A stretch of DNA of 64,000 nt from the NCBI GenBank assembly GCA_965220965.1, contig OZ244852.1, positions 320,001-384,000 on the forward strand, given 5' to 3'. The translations under genes and the position numbers were made by a program. This document shows positions 31,925 to 41,256 of the stretch, in pieces. Within the stretch, counting starts at the first letter, position 1. Every line of letters begins with the position of its first letter. Under the pieces are notes generated by a model. That model had not been told where the DNA came from. It made no database searches and saw nothing but the letters and a program-made list of their open reading frames with translations. The stretch is from Candidatus Marinacidobacterium sp. Lineage in GTDB: Bacteria; Acidobacteriota; Vicinamibacteria; Marinacidobacterales; Marinacidobacteraceae.

Positions 31925-33799
31925 CGCGTCGCCCGCCAGCCGGGCGGGCAGAACCAGCGTGAACTCGGATCCCTCTCCCGGCGCGCTCTCCAGCTCGATC
32001 GTCCCGCCGAGCAGTTCCGCCAGGTGGCGGGCGATGGCGAGGCCGAGGCCGGTCCCCCCGACGGCCCGCGAGCGCGCCGCGTCGACCCGGTAGAAGCGCT
32101 CGAAGATCCGGCGCCGATGGCGTTTCGGGATGCCGACGCCGTTGTCCTTCACGGTCAGCCTGATCGAGTCGGCGGCCCGCTCGGTGGTGATCTCCACGCG
32201 ACCGTCGTCGTCCGAGTACTGGATCGCGTTGTCCACCAGATTCTGGAGGATCTCCACGACGAGGCTGGGATCGGTGACGACGCGCAGGTCTTCCTTCGGC
32301 GGCTCGACCACCAGGGCGCGCCGCCCGGACTTCATCCGCGCCGACTCCACGACCGACTCGGCGAGGCGCTGAAGGTTGGAGGGAGAACGATCCGGCTCCA
32401 GTCTCCCGGCCTCGATGCGGGCCAGCCGCAGAAGGTCGTCGGTGAGCCGGGCCAGCCGGATTGCGTGTTCGCGAATGATCTCGAGGAAGCGCTTGCGCTC
32501 TGGCGATTGCTCGAGTTCGGTGTCGAGCAGCGTCTCCGAGAACCCCCGGATCGCGGTGAGCGGGGTCTTGAGTTCATGGGAGAGGTTGGCGACGAAGTCG
32601 CGGCGGACCCGTTCCAGCGCTCGCAGCCGGGTCACGTCCATGAGCACCAGGACCGCGCCCGCCGGGCCGGCGTCCGGGTCCGGACCCGGGATGACCGGGT
32701 CGCCGGGAATGACCGACTCGCGGGAGCGCACCGGCGCCGCCCGGGCGAGGACATCCCGTCCGGCGACCGGAATCTCGCGTTCGCGCGACTTTCCCCGCAT
32801 CGCCGCCTTGACCATCTTGAGGAGTCGTTTCCCCTCGAGCACCCGGCCGGCGTCCCGCCCGCGGTACTCCTGCCAGGAGTCTCCCGGAAGCGACAGAAGC
32901 TCGCGAAACGCCCGGTTCAGGTACTGGATCCGGAGATCGCCGTCGAGGACGGCCACGCCCTCGACCATGCTCGAGAGGATCGTCGCCCCCTGGTTCTTTT
33001 CCGCAGTCAGGGATTCGAAGGAGGTCTTGAGGGCGAGCGCGGTGCGGTTCAGCGAGGCGAACAGGGCGCCCAGCTCGTCCTCCCGGGGCATCGAGGACTC
33101 GGGTCGGAAGTCGCCCTGGGCGACGCGTTCCGAGAAGCGCACGAGCTGTTCGACCCGATCTCCGAACCGCCTCGCGTACCACCAGGCGAGCGCGGTCGCC
33201 GCGAGGGCCGCCAGCAGCGTCATCACGATCACCGGCGCGAGGATGGCCCGGAACGTGTCCTCGATCCGGACCACCGGTTCGGCCAGGCGGAGCACGGTGT
33301 CGGCATCCCAGGGCAGGCGCACCGCGACGTAGCTGAGGTCCTCGCCGCGCGTCTCCGAGAAGCGCTGCGAGCGGCCATAGCCCGACGCGAAGGCGTCCCG
33401 GATCTCCGGGCGGCCGGCGTGGTTGTCCATCGTCGCCGGGTCTTCGTGGGAGTCGGCGAGAACCGCGCCTTCGCGCGCCACCAGCGTCACCCGTCGCTCG
33501 GTGGGCGTCGGAGTCCGGCGTTCGGTTTGCGCCTCGAACGCGGCGAGCCGGAGCGCCCAGCGGGCAAGGGATTCCTCGCCGGGACGCGTGGGCCGGGTGG
33601 CGAGCCCGACCTCCGCAATGGAATCGAGGTGCTCGAAGGTCGCCTCCACCGCGTTCTGGCGCACGACGCGGGCGGTCGTCAGCAGGACCGCCAGCAGGGA
33701 GGCCGCCGCGACCAGAAGGCTGATCGCCGCGATCCGGAGGGTGAGCCGGGACGGCCGTCGCGAGCGTCCCCGGCGCCCGGGGCGGCGCGACCTGGTCAA
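31817..33799 (-). CDS. phoR: Sensor histidine kinase, PhoR type (sensor-HAMP-PAS-HisKA-HATPase)
   Basis: DNHAGRPEI, RRDFVANLSHELKTPLT, IFERFYRVDAARSR..GGTGLGLAI. Confidence 0.88.
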   Translation of the reverse strand: MTRSRRPGRRGRSRRPSRLTLRIAAISLLVAAASLLAVLLTTARVVRQNAVEATFEHLDSIAEVGLATRPTRPGEESLARWALRLAAFEAQTERRTPTPTERRVTLVAREGAVLADSHEDPATMDNHAGRPEIRDAFASGYGRSQRFSETRGEDLSYVAVRLPWDADTVLRLAEPVVRIEDTFRAILAPVIVMTLLAALAATALAWWYARRFGDRVEQLVRFSERVAQGDFRPESSMPREDELGALFASLNRTALALKTSFESLTAEKNQGATILSSMVEGVAVLDGDLRIQYLNRAFRELLSLPGDSWQEYRGRDAGRVLEGKRLLKMVKAAMRGKSREREIPVAGRDVLARAAPVRSRESVIPGDPVIPGPDPDAGPAGAVLVLMDVTRLRALERVRRDFVANLSHELKTPLTAIRGFSETLLDTELEQSPERKRFLEIIREHAIRLARLTDDLLRLARIEAGRLEPDRSPSNLQRLAESVVESARMKSGRRALVVEPPKEDLRVVTDPSLVVEILQNLVDNAIQYSDDDGRVEITTERAADSIRLTVKDNGVGIPKRHRRRIFERFYRVDAARSRAVGGTGLGLAIARHLAELLGGTIELESAPGEGSEFTLVLPARLAGDASEETELEAAAEGVDTDELRLEAISDPEAPPADARP

Positions 33800-34500
33800 G
33801 CCGGGGGCTCGAAGCGGTAGCCCGCTCCCCGCACCGTCCGCAGCAGCGAAGGCCTCCCGGGCGAATCCACTTTCTGCCTGAGCCGCCGGACGTAGACATC
33901 CACGCTACGGAGGGTGATGTATCGCTCGCGGCCCCAGACCTGATCGAGGATCTGCTCCCGGGAGAACACCCGCTGCGGATGGGAGGCGAGGTAATGGAGC
34001 AGTTTGAACTCCAGGTGCGTGACCGGGAGGTCTTCCCCTCCGCGCTGCACCCGGTGGGACGCCGGATCGATCCTGAGATCTCCGACTTCCAGGCTCTCGT
34101 CGCCGGCGTCGGAGGCGGCGCGGGCGGAACGGTTCGCGCGACGCAGGAGCGCGCCCACCCGCGCCGTGAGCTCCCTCGGGCTGAACGGCTTCGTGATGTA
34201 GTCGTCGGCGCCGAGCTCGATGCCCGCGATGACATCGGCCTCCTCGCTCCGCGCCGTCAGCATGATCACGGGGAGATCCATCAGTCCGGGGTCGGACCGG
34301 ATCACCCGGCAGACCTCGAAGCCGCTCATCTCGGGGAGCATCAGGTCCAGGATGAGCAGGTCCGGGCGCTGCTGGCGCAACTCCGCGAGACCCTCGGTTC
34401 CGGTCTGCGCGGCCACCACCTGATACGACTCGCGCTCCAGATTGAACCGGAGGAGTTCGACGATGTCCGGATCGTCCTCGATGGCTAGAATGCGTTTCAC
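33796..34500 (-). CDS. phoB: OmpR/PhoB-family response regulator
   Basis: LILDLMLP, GADDYITKPFSPREL, RSVDVYVRRLRQK; coupled to the PhoR-type kinase. Confidence 0.85.
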   Translation of the reverse strand: MKRILAIEDDPDIVELLRFNLERESYQVVAAQTGTEGLAELRQQRPDLLILDLMLPEMSGFEVCRVIRSDPGLMDLPVIMLTARSEEADVIAGIELGADDYITKPFSPRELTARVGALLRRANRSARAASDAGDESLEVGDLRIDPASHRVQRGGEDLPVTHLEFKLLHYLASHPQRVFSREQILDQVWGRERYITLRSVDVYVRRLRQKVDSPGRPSLLRTVRGAGYRFEPPA

Positions 34501-34628
34501 GGCCGTTGGAGGGTCGGAACCCGGGCCACTCTAGCAGTCTGTCCCGCCGGAGCGCCGAAGGGCGTGGCCGGACGTGGAAGGCCTTCCCCGGCGGCGCTGC
34601 GGTTAAGTCGCCCTCCGGGCCGTCGCGC

Positions 34629-35510
34629 GTGACCACGAGACCGGGAACCCCGCCGGACCGGGTGGAGCGGCCGCGGATCGCGTTCCAGGGACTCCCGGGT
34701 TCGTTCTCCGACATGGCCTGCCGCCGGGCCGCTCCCGACCATGCCCCCCTCGCGTGTCGGACATTCGAGGATGCGTTCCGGGCCGTTTCGCTCGGCCGCG
34801 CCGACCGCGCGCTCATTCCGGTGGACAACTCCCGCGCGGGCCGCGTGGCCGATGTCCATCATCTCCTGCCGGACTCGAGCCTCCGGATCGTCGGGGAGGC
34901 CTTCCTGCGGGTGCGCTGCCAGTTGCTGGGCGCGCCGGGCGCCCGGCTCTCCGACGTGGTCACTGTCCACAGCCACGTCCACGCGCTCGCCCAGTGCCGG
35001 GACTGGATCCGGCGACGGGGGCTCGAAGCGGTGGTCGAAACGGACACCGCGGGCGCCGCGGCGGAGGTCGCGCGCCGGGGTGAGCCGGCCCGCGCGGCGA
35101 TCGCTTCGGGACTCGCCGCGTCGCTCTACGGGCTCGAGGTCCTCGCTTCCGACATCGAGGACGCCTCCCACAACACGACCCGCTTTCTGATCATGGCGGC
35201 GCAGGACGCGCCGTCGGATCGCGAGGGTCCCTCGCTCACCACGATCGTCTTCGAAGTCAGGAACCTCCCCGCGGCCCTCTACAAGGCGCTCGGAGGTTTC
35301 GCCACCAACGGGGTCAACCTGCTCAAGCTCGAGAGCGCCATGGTGGGTGGCTCCTTCACCTCGACCCGGTTCTACTGTGACTTCGAGGGTCACCCCGAGG
35401 ACCTCCCGGTGCGGCGCGCCCTCGAGGAGCTGCGGGTCTTCTGCCGCGAGTTCCGGATTCTGGGGACGTATCCGGCGGACCCCGGCCGCCCCGCCGTCGG
35501 CGACGGCTGA
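34629..35510 (+). CDS. pheA: Prephenate dehydratase
   Basis: IAFQGLPGSFS, SHVHALAQC, NTTRF, ACT domain with KLES; start approximate. Confidence 0.92.
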   Translation: MTTRPGTPPDRVERPRIAFQGLPGSFSDMACRRAAPDHAPLACRTFEDAFRAVSLGRADRALIPVDNSRAGRVADVHHLLPDSSLRIVGEAFLRVRCQLLGAPGARLSDVVTVHSHVHALAQCRDWIRRRGLEAVVETDTAGAAAEVARRGEPARAAIASGLAASLYGLEVLASDIEDASHNTTRFLIMAAQDAPSDREGPSLTTIVFEVRNLPAALYKALGGFATNGVNLLKLESAMVGGSFTSTRFYCDFEGHPEDLPVRRALEELRVFCREFRILGTYPADPGRPAVGDG

Positions 35511-35543
35511 GGGCCTGCGGGCGGGCGACGCGCCCCGGACCGA

Positions 35544-35581
35544 TGTCACGTTCCCGTCACATCGCGTCGCCGGTTGCTCAC
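35544..35581 (+). promoter_or_regulatory. Pho-box-like direct repeats upstream of the TonB receptor
   Basis: TGTCAC (35544) and CGTCAC (35555) are 11 bp apart; weaker GTCGC (35566) and CTCAC (35577) follow. Confidence 0.6.
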
Positions 35582-35649
35582 AGGTTCCTCGGTGACATTT
35601 CTTGCCGGGTTCAACGCCCGTCAACGGCGCGACCCCACAATGCCGTCCG

Positions 35650-38460
35650 ATGTTCGATGCCGAAATCCGCTCACAGGCGGCCGCTCCGGTCTTCTTCGGG
35701 TTTGCTGGCGGCGCCCGCCTGCGCCTCCTCCTTCCCGCGATCCTTCTGGCTCTGACGGCGGTCCCGACCGGGGCCCTCGCGGGCGGTCAGGAACCCACCG
35801 GCCAGGTCGCCGGCGTCGTCCGGGACGGGTTCAACGCGATGGGGCTCCCCGCGGCGCCGATCACCGTCGTCTCCACCGGCCGCACGTTCTACTCGGAACT
35901 GGATGGCCAGTTCGTGCTGGAAGCCCCCGCGGGAACCCACGCCATCCGCGTCAGCTTCTCCGGCTACCAGGAGGTCGAGATCACCGTCGAGGTGGAGGCG
36001 GGAGCCACCACCCGGCTGGATGTGGCGCTGACGATGGAGCGTTTCGCCGAGGAAGTCGTGGTGAGCGCCGAGATCGAGGAACCCGAGCTGTTCACCGAAG
36101 AGGCGCAGTTGGTCGAGCGCCAGAAGGCCGCCACCATCACCGACAACCTCGCGTCCGACGAGATGAAGCGGAACGCGGACTCGACCGCGGCTTCGGCGAT
36201 CAGCCGGGTGGCCGGCCTGACCGTCGTCGACAACCAGTACGTCTTCGTCCGCGGGCTCGGCGAGCGGTACTCCAACACGACCCTGAACGGCGCGGTGCTT
36301 CCGACGACGGAACCTGACAAGCGGGTCGTTCCGCTGGACCTGTTCCCCACCGGGCTCATCCAGAGCGTTTCGGTGGTCAAGTCCTACCTGCCCGACAAGC
36401 CGGCCGACTTCTCGGGAGGGCTGGTCGAGATCGACCCGCTGTCCTTCCCGAACGAGCCGGTCCTCAATTTCTCGATGTCGCAGGGCTACAACACCCGGAC
36501 TACCTTTGACGAGGGGCTCACCTACTCCGGGGGCGGCCGCGACTGGCTGGGCTTCGACGATGGGACCCGCGGACTGCCTTCGGCGATCCCCGACTCCCGG
36601 GTGGTGCGCACCAGCATCTTCACCGAGGCCGGGTACACGCCGGGCGAGCTCGAATCGATGGGCGAGGCGTTCCGCAACGTCTGGACTCCCGAGACCGGAC
36701 GCGTCGGGCAGAGCCAGTCGTACAGCCTCGTCGCCGGGAACAGTTGGGACCGCCTCGGCGCCATCTTCAGCGCGACGTGGTCGCAGGATCACCAGAACCA
36801 GTCCGAGGACCGGACCTTCTTCGCGGTCTCCGGTGGAGACCTCGAGGTCCAGAACGACTACGACTTCGACATCACGACCTCGAAGACCTCGACCGGCCTC
36901 GTCGGGAACCTCGCCTACAGGCTTTCCGGGAACCACCGGCTGGCGCTCGAGAACTTCTATACGCACAACTCGAAGAACGAGGCGCGCGTTTTCGAGGGCT
37001 ACAACAACGACGTGGGCGAGAACATCCGGAACACCCGGCTCTTCTGGGTGGAGGAGAGCATCTTCTCCTCCCGTCTGTCCGGAGAGCACCTGTTCGCCTC
37101 GCTGGGGTCCTCCCGGGTGGACTGGCATGCGAACCTGTCGCAGGCGACGCGGGACGAGCCCGACCTCCGCGAAACGCTCTACGAGTTCAGCCCCTCCATC
37201 GGGTCCTTCGTGCTGGCGGACGAGTCGCAGAGCGGCTTCCGGATGTTCAACGACCTCGCCGACCAGGTTCTGGAATTCGGCTTCGACTGGACCAGTTACT
37301 TCACCCAGTGGGACGGCCTTCCCGCCAGGCTCCAGGTGGGTCCGAAGCTCACCCTGCGGGAACGCGACTTCAGTTCGCGCCGGTTCCGGCTCACCCCCCG
37401 CGGCGCCGGATTCGTGGATCTGACGCTCCCGCCCGAGCAGATCTTCACCCCCGACAACATCGGATCGCGCTACGAGCTTCGCGAGGAGACGCGGCCCACA
37501 GACTCCTACGCCGCCGAACAGGAGGTCACCGCCCTCTACGGGATGGTCGACCTTCCGGTCTCCCGCAACCTGCGGGTGATCGGGGGGGCGCGGGTGGAGC
37601 GTTCGAGCCAGCAGGTGGACACCTTCGACCCGTTCTCCGCCGCGGCGGAGGTCGTGACGGCGAAGCTGGAGGACACCGATGTCCTGCCCGGCGTCAACGC
37701 CGTCTACGCCCTCTCGGACCGCACGAACGTGCGGGCCAGCTACAGCCACACGGTGAACCGGCCCGAGTTCCGCGAGCTGGCGCCGTTCGAGTTCACCGAT
37801 GTGGTGGGCGGACGCGCGGTGGTCGGGAACCCGGACCTCGAACGGGCGCTCATCCGCAACGTGGACCTGCGGCTGGAGACCTTCCCGGCGGCGGCCGAGG
37901 TCCTCGCGATCAGCCTGTTCTACAAGGACTTCTCGAACCCGATCGAGCGGATCGTCCAGCCCACCGCCCAGTTGCGGACCTCCTACGCGAACGCCCTGGG
38001 CGCGCAGAACGCCGGAGTCGAGCTGGAAGGCCGACGCGAGTTCGGGCGCCTCGACGCCTCGGCGAACTACACCTTCGTCCGCTCCCGCATCGAGCTCGAA
38101 GCGACCGCCGGGCAGGTTCAGACGAGCCTCGACCGTCCGCTCGCCGGTCAGTCCGCGCATGTCGTGAACCTGAGCGCGGATCTGGACCTTCCCGAGGTCG
38201 GCGGGAACCTGCGGGTCCTCTACAACTATTTCGACGACCGCATCGTGGATGTCGGCTCCCTCGGCATGCCGGACATCTACGAGGAGGGCCGCGGCGTTCT
38301 GGATGTGGTCTTCCAGAAGCGTTTCGCGCGGTGGAGCCTGCGCGCCGCTTTCGACAACCTGCTCGATTCGGAATACCGGTTCACCCAGGGCGGCGAACTG
38401 CAACGGGTGTTCCGCCTGGGGCGGTCCTTCTCGCTCGGCTTCTCCTACGCGATCCGTTGA
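35650..38460 (+). CDS. TonB-dependent receptor with N-terminal carboxypeptidase-regulatory-like domain
   Basis: Plug motif FVRGLGERYSNTTLNG..VPLDLFP..KSYLPDKPADFSGG, VGNPDL, beta-barrel C-terminus FSLGFSY; start approximate. Confidence 0.93.
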   Translation: MFDAEIRSQAAAPVFFGFAGGARLRLLLPAILLALTAVPTGALAGGQEPTGQVAGVVRDGFNAMGLPAAPITVVSTGRTFYSELDGQFVLEAPAGTHAIRVSFSGYQEVEITVEVEAGATTRLDVALTMERFAEEVVVSAEIEEPELFTEEAQLVERQKAATITDNLASDEMKRNADSTAASAISRVAGLTVVDNQYVFVRGLGERYSNTTLNGAVLPTTEPDKRVVPLDLFPTGLIQSVSVVKSYLPDKPADFSGGLVEIDPLSFPNEPVLNFSMSQGYNTRTTFDEGLTYSGGGRDWLGFDDGTRGLPSAIPDSRVVRTSIFTEAGYTPGELESMGEAFRNVWTPETGRVGQSQSYSLVAGNSWDRLGAIFSATWSQDHQNQSEDRTFFAVSGGDLEVQNDYDFDITTSKTSTGLVGNLAYRLSGNHRLALENFYTHNSKNEARVFEGYNNDVGENIRNTRLFWVEESIFSSRLSGEHLFASLGSSRVDWHANLSQATRDEPDLRETLYEFSPSIGSFVLADESQSGFRMFNDLADQVLEFGFDWTSYFTQWDGLPARLQVGPKLTLRERDFSSRRFRLTPRGAGFVDLTLPPEQIFTPDNIGSRYELREETRPTDSYAAEQEVTALYGMVDLPVSRNLRVIGGARVERSSQQVDTFDPFSAAAEVVTAKLEDTDVLPGVNAVYALSDRTNVRASYSHTVNRPEFRELAPFEFTDVVGGRAVVGNPDLERALIRNVDLRLETFPAAAEVLAISLFYKDFSNPIERIVQPTAQLRTSYANALGAQNAGVELEGRREFGRLDASANYTFVRSRIELEATAGQVQTSLDRPLAGQSAHVVNLSADLDLPEVGGNLRVLYNYFDDRIVDVGSLGMPDIYEEGRGVLDVVFQKRFARWSLRAAFDNLLDSEYRFTQGGELQRVFRLGRSFSLGFSYAIR

Positions 38461-38516
38461 CCCGTTTCTCCGGCTGATCTTCCGATCCCCCTCAGCGCAC
38501 TTCGGGGAGGCTCTCC

Positions 38517-39854
38517 ATGCGCCTGACTCTCGCCTCTTCCGCCGCGCTGCTCGCGGGGTCTCTCCTCGTCGGCGCCGGCTGCGGCGACGATTCCGGCGCC
38601 ACGCCGGCGCCGGCGCCAACCCCGGCGCCCGGGCCGGATGATCCGGCCGGTCCGGTCGTCGTCCGCGGCTCCATCGCGGAGGACACGACCTGGTCCGCCG
38701 ACGCCCCCATCGTCCTGTCCGGCGCGGTCTTCGTGGAGAGCGGCGCGACCCTCACGATCGAGGCCGGCGCCCGGATCTACGGCGAGAGCGCCACGACCGG
38801 CGCGCTGATCGTCTCCCGCGGCGGCATGCTCGTCGCCGAAGGAACCGCCGACGCGCCCATTGTGATGACCAGCGATCAGCGGGAGGGCGAGCGCAGCCGC
38901 GGCGACTGGGGCGGTCTGATCATCAACGGCGCCGCGCCGCTGAACATTCCCGGCGGCGTCAGCGAAGGAGAAGGCGACACCGGCGAATACGGCGGGGACA
39001 ACCCGGCCGACAACAGCGGCGTTCTGCGCTACGTCCGGGTCGAGTTCGCCGGCGCCGAGTTCAGTCCCGACAACGAGCTGAACGGGATCGCTCTCCAGGG
39101 CGTCGGGAACGGCACCGAGGTGGACTTCATCCAGGTGCACCTCAGCAAGGACGACGGCGTCGAGTTCTTCGGTGGAACCGTCGACGCGAAGCATGTGCTC
39201 TGCACCGGGATCGCTGATGACAGCTTCGACTGGACCGACGGCTGGACCGGACGGGGCCAGTTCTGGATCGCCCAGCAGCGCGGCGATGACGCCGACCAGG
39301 GCATCGAGGCGGACAACAACGGCGAGAACAACGACCTCACGCCGCGCTCCGACCCGACGCTCTACAACATCACGCTCATCGGGGACCCGGACACCAACGA
39401 GGGCGATGAGAGCGACATCGGGATCCTGCTGCGCGAGGGCACGGCCGCCGAGATCGGGAACGCCATCGTGATCGGCTTCAAGGAGACCGGCCTCGACATC
39501 GACAACGCGGCCACCTACGCCAACGCCCGGAGCGGCGCGCTCGTCGTGAGGAACTCGATCTTCCACAACAACCTCGAGGCGGCGTTCGACGACGACTCGG
39601 GGGAGAACCCGGCGCCGGCGTTCTCGACGCGCGACTTCGCCGCCGCGTCCGAGGGCCTGCTCACCGTGGACCCGGACCTGCGGGATCCCTACAACCACGA
39701 GGACCTGGACTGCCGGCCGGGCGCCGGGTCCGTGGCCTTCACGGACTATGCGATGCCGCCGAACGACGGCTTTTTCGAGCCGGCGCCCTACATCGGGGCC
39801 TGCAGCGGCGACGACCCGTGGCATCGGGGCTGGACGACGTTCGCCCCGAACTGA
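38517..39854 (+). CDS. Acidic beta-helix-like lipoprotein (ElpS-like)
   Basis: Lipobox GAGC, Pro-Ala linker, TLTIEAG, GTADAPIVMTS, GDWGGL, DNSGVLRYVRVEFAG, DDGVEFFGG, DDSFDW. Family name recalled from memory, not searched. Confidence 0.75.
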   Translation: MRLTLASSAALLAGSLLVGAGCGDDSGATPAPAPTPAPGPDDPAGPVVVRGSIAEDTTWSADAPIVLSGAVFVESGATLTIEAGARIYGESATTGALIVSRGGMLVAEGTADAPIVMTSDQREGERSRGDWGGLIINGAAPLNIPGGVSEGEGDTGEYGGDNPADNSGVLRYVRVEFAGAEFSPDNELNGIALQGVGNGTEVDFIQVHLSKDDGVEFFGGTVDAKHVLCTGIADDSFDWTDGWTGRGQFWIAQQRGDDADQGIEADNNGENNDLTPRSDPTLYNITLIGDPDTNEGDESDIGILLREGTAAEIGNAIVIGFKETGLDIDNAATYANARSGALVVRNSIFHNNLEAAFDDDSGENPAPAFSTRDFAAASEGLLTVDPDLRDPYNHEDLDCRPGAGSVAFTDYAMPPNDGFFEPAPYIGACSGDDPWHRGWTTFAPN

Positions 39855-39916
39855 CCTTCCGGGCCGTAGGGCGAAGTCGGTCCGGGGGGTCTCCGGGGCG
39901 TCCCGGCGGACCGCGC

Positions 39917-40516
39917 GTGGGGCGCTGGTCCCGTCTCGTGCGGCTGGCGCTGGCGGGGGCGTTTCTCAGCCTCGCCGCCGGTCCCGGGAGCGGTTGCGGC
40001 GCATCCGGCGCCGTCGACTCACCCCCGCCGGCTGACCCGGAAGCGCCGGCCGGCGCAGGGGAGATGGTCCCCTCCGCAGCCGTGGAGCGGTTGAAGCGGC
40101 TCTTGCCCTCGCCGGAAGCGGCGGCAAGCGAGGTCCTGGCGCTGGTCCAGGCGGGAGACGCCGGGGCGCTTCGGGATCTGGCGCTATCGGAGCCCGAGTT
40201 CCGGGATGTCGTTTATCCGGCGCTCCCCGCCAGCCGACCCGGGCGGAACACCTCGGCGGAGTTCCTCTGGAGCCTCATGCGCCAGCGCAGCGCGAACTCG
40301 CTGGCGCTCACCGTGGACCGGTACCGCGGGCGCCGTCTGGAACTCGTCGAGGTGGACTTCGCGGGTGAGACGACGGACTACGGGCCCTTCCGCGTGCACC
40401 GCGAAACCGTCCTGACGGTCCGCCAGGAGGACGGAAGCCCGGCGGTGGTGCGCCTCTTCGGCTCGATGATCGAGCAGAAGGGCGGCTTCAAGGTCTTCAG
40501 CTTCGTGATCGACTGA
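39917..40516 (+). CDS. Hypothetical exported protein / possible lipoprotein
   Basis: Hydrophobic stretch followed by GSGC; typical GC3 codon bias; conserved-looking end VRLFGSMIEQKGGFKVFSFVID; start uncertain. Confidence 0.7.
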   Translation: MGRWSRLVRLALAGAFLSLAAGPGSGCGASGAVDSPPPADPEAPAGAGEMVPSAAVERLKRLLPSPEAAASEVLALVQAGDAGALRDLALSEPEFRDVVYPALPASRPGRNTSAEFLWSLMRQRSANSLALTVDRYRGRRLELVEVDFAGETTDYGPFRVHRETVLTVRQEDGSPAVVRLFGSMIEQKGGFKVFSFVID

Positions 40517-40614
40517 TTCGGGGGGCCGCCCCCTCGCGGAGCCCCGGACCTCCCGGCGGCGGGAGCTGGCTGCAGACCGCCGGCCCGCGTTCGCGCCTGC
40601 GTTCGTGACTGTGG

Positions 40615-40647
40615 TGTCCTGAAAATGTCATCGTTTTGTCATATACT
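40615..40647 (+). promoter_or_regulatory. Pho box (three 11-bp-spaced repeats) plus -10 element
   Basis: TGTCCT (40615), TGTCAT (40626), TGTCAT (40637); TATACT at 40642 lies 10 nt after the second repeat and 6 nt before ATG 40654. Confidence 0.75.
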
Positions 40648-40653
40648 GGCCGC

Positions 40654-41256
40654 ATGCGACGCAAAGTTCGCAGGCGCGATCTCCGGAGCTTCCTCCGCCC
40701 GGCGTCGAGCCCTTCCGCGGCGCCCATCCTGATCGCGGGGCTGTTGCTGGCGGACGCCGCCGCCCCGGCCTTCGGAGAAGAGCCGGAAACGCTGCCCAGG
40801 AGCATCTACGTGCCGCTCCGGCTCGAGGTGGCTTCGTGTCTTCACGATGTGGTGGTCCTCGCCGAGGACGGCCGGGTCCGGGCCGTCGCCCCCGGCAGGC
40901 TGGTGAGTCAGTTCACCTTCTACTCGTGGGAGGAAGGGGCCATTCCGGCCTGGGAGCGCCTCACGATCCAGGGCTGGATCGCCAACGGCGAAGCGGCGCG
41001 ACGGCCGTTCCGGGCGGGAATCGTGATCACCCCCGCGAGCATCTATGTGGCCGACCGGCGTCTCGACCTCGGGACCCTGGACCAGGTCTCCCGTTTTCGC
41101 AGCCGGACCGATCTGCGGATTCCCGAGCGGACGCTGCGGCTGCTGCCGGAGGGCGCATGCGACCGCGGAGCTCCGTTGGAGATCACGGCCGAAGGCTCTG
41201 TTCCGGAGTCGCCCGTTCCACCGCCAGAGCTTCGTCCTCCAGACGAAGGGCGGTGA
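40654..41256 (+). CDS. Hypothetical exported protein
   Basis: Arg-rich N-terminus, hydrophobic core, AFG cleavage-like site, two Cys; sits directly behind the Pho box. Confidence 0.7.
   Translation: MRRKVRRRDLRSFLRPASSPSAAPILIAGLLLADAAAPAFGEEPETLPRSIYVPLRLEVASCLHDVVVLAEDGRVRAVAPGRLVSQFTFYSWEEGAIPAWERLTIQGWIANGEAARRPFRAGIVITPASIYVADRRLDLGTLDQVSRFRSRTDLRIPERTLRLLPEGACDRGAPLEITAEGSVPESPVPPPELRPPDEGR

Noticed and set aside
34501-34628. Autoregulatory Pho box upstream of phoB
   Set aside because: No 11-bp-spaced TGTCA repeats seen; only a TG-C-TAGAGT -10-like motif on the minus strand
35671-38619. Long antisense or alternate-frame ORFs (also 24326-27130, 54723-57566, 140-1792, 27593-29863)
   Set aside because: Shadows of real genes in high-GC DNA; Arg/Pro/Gly-rich with no motifs
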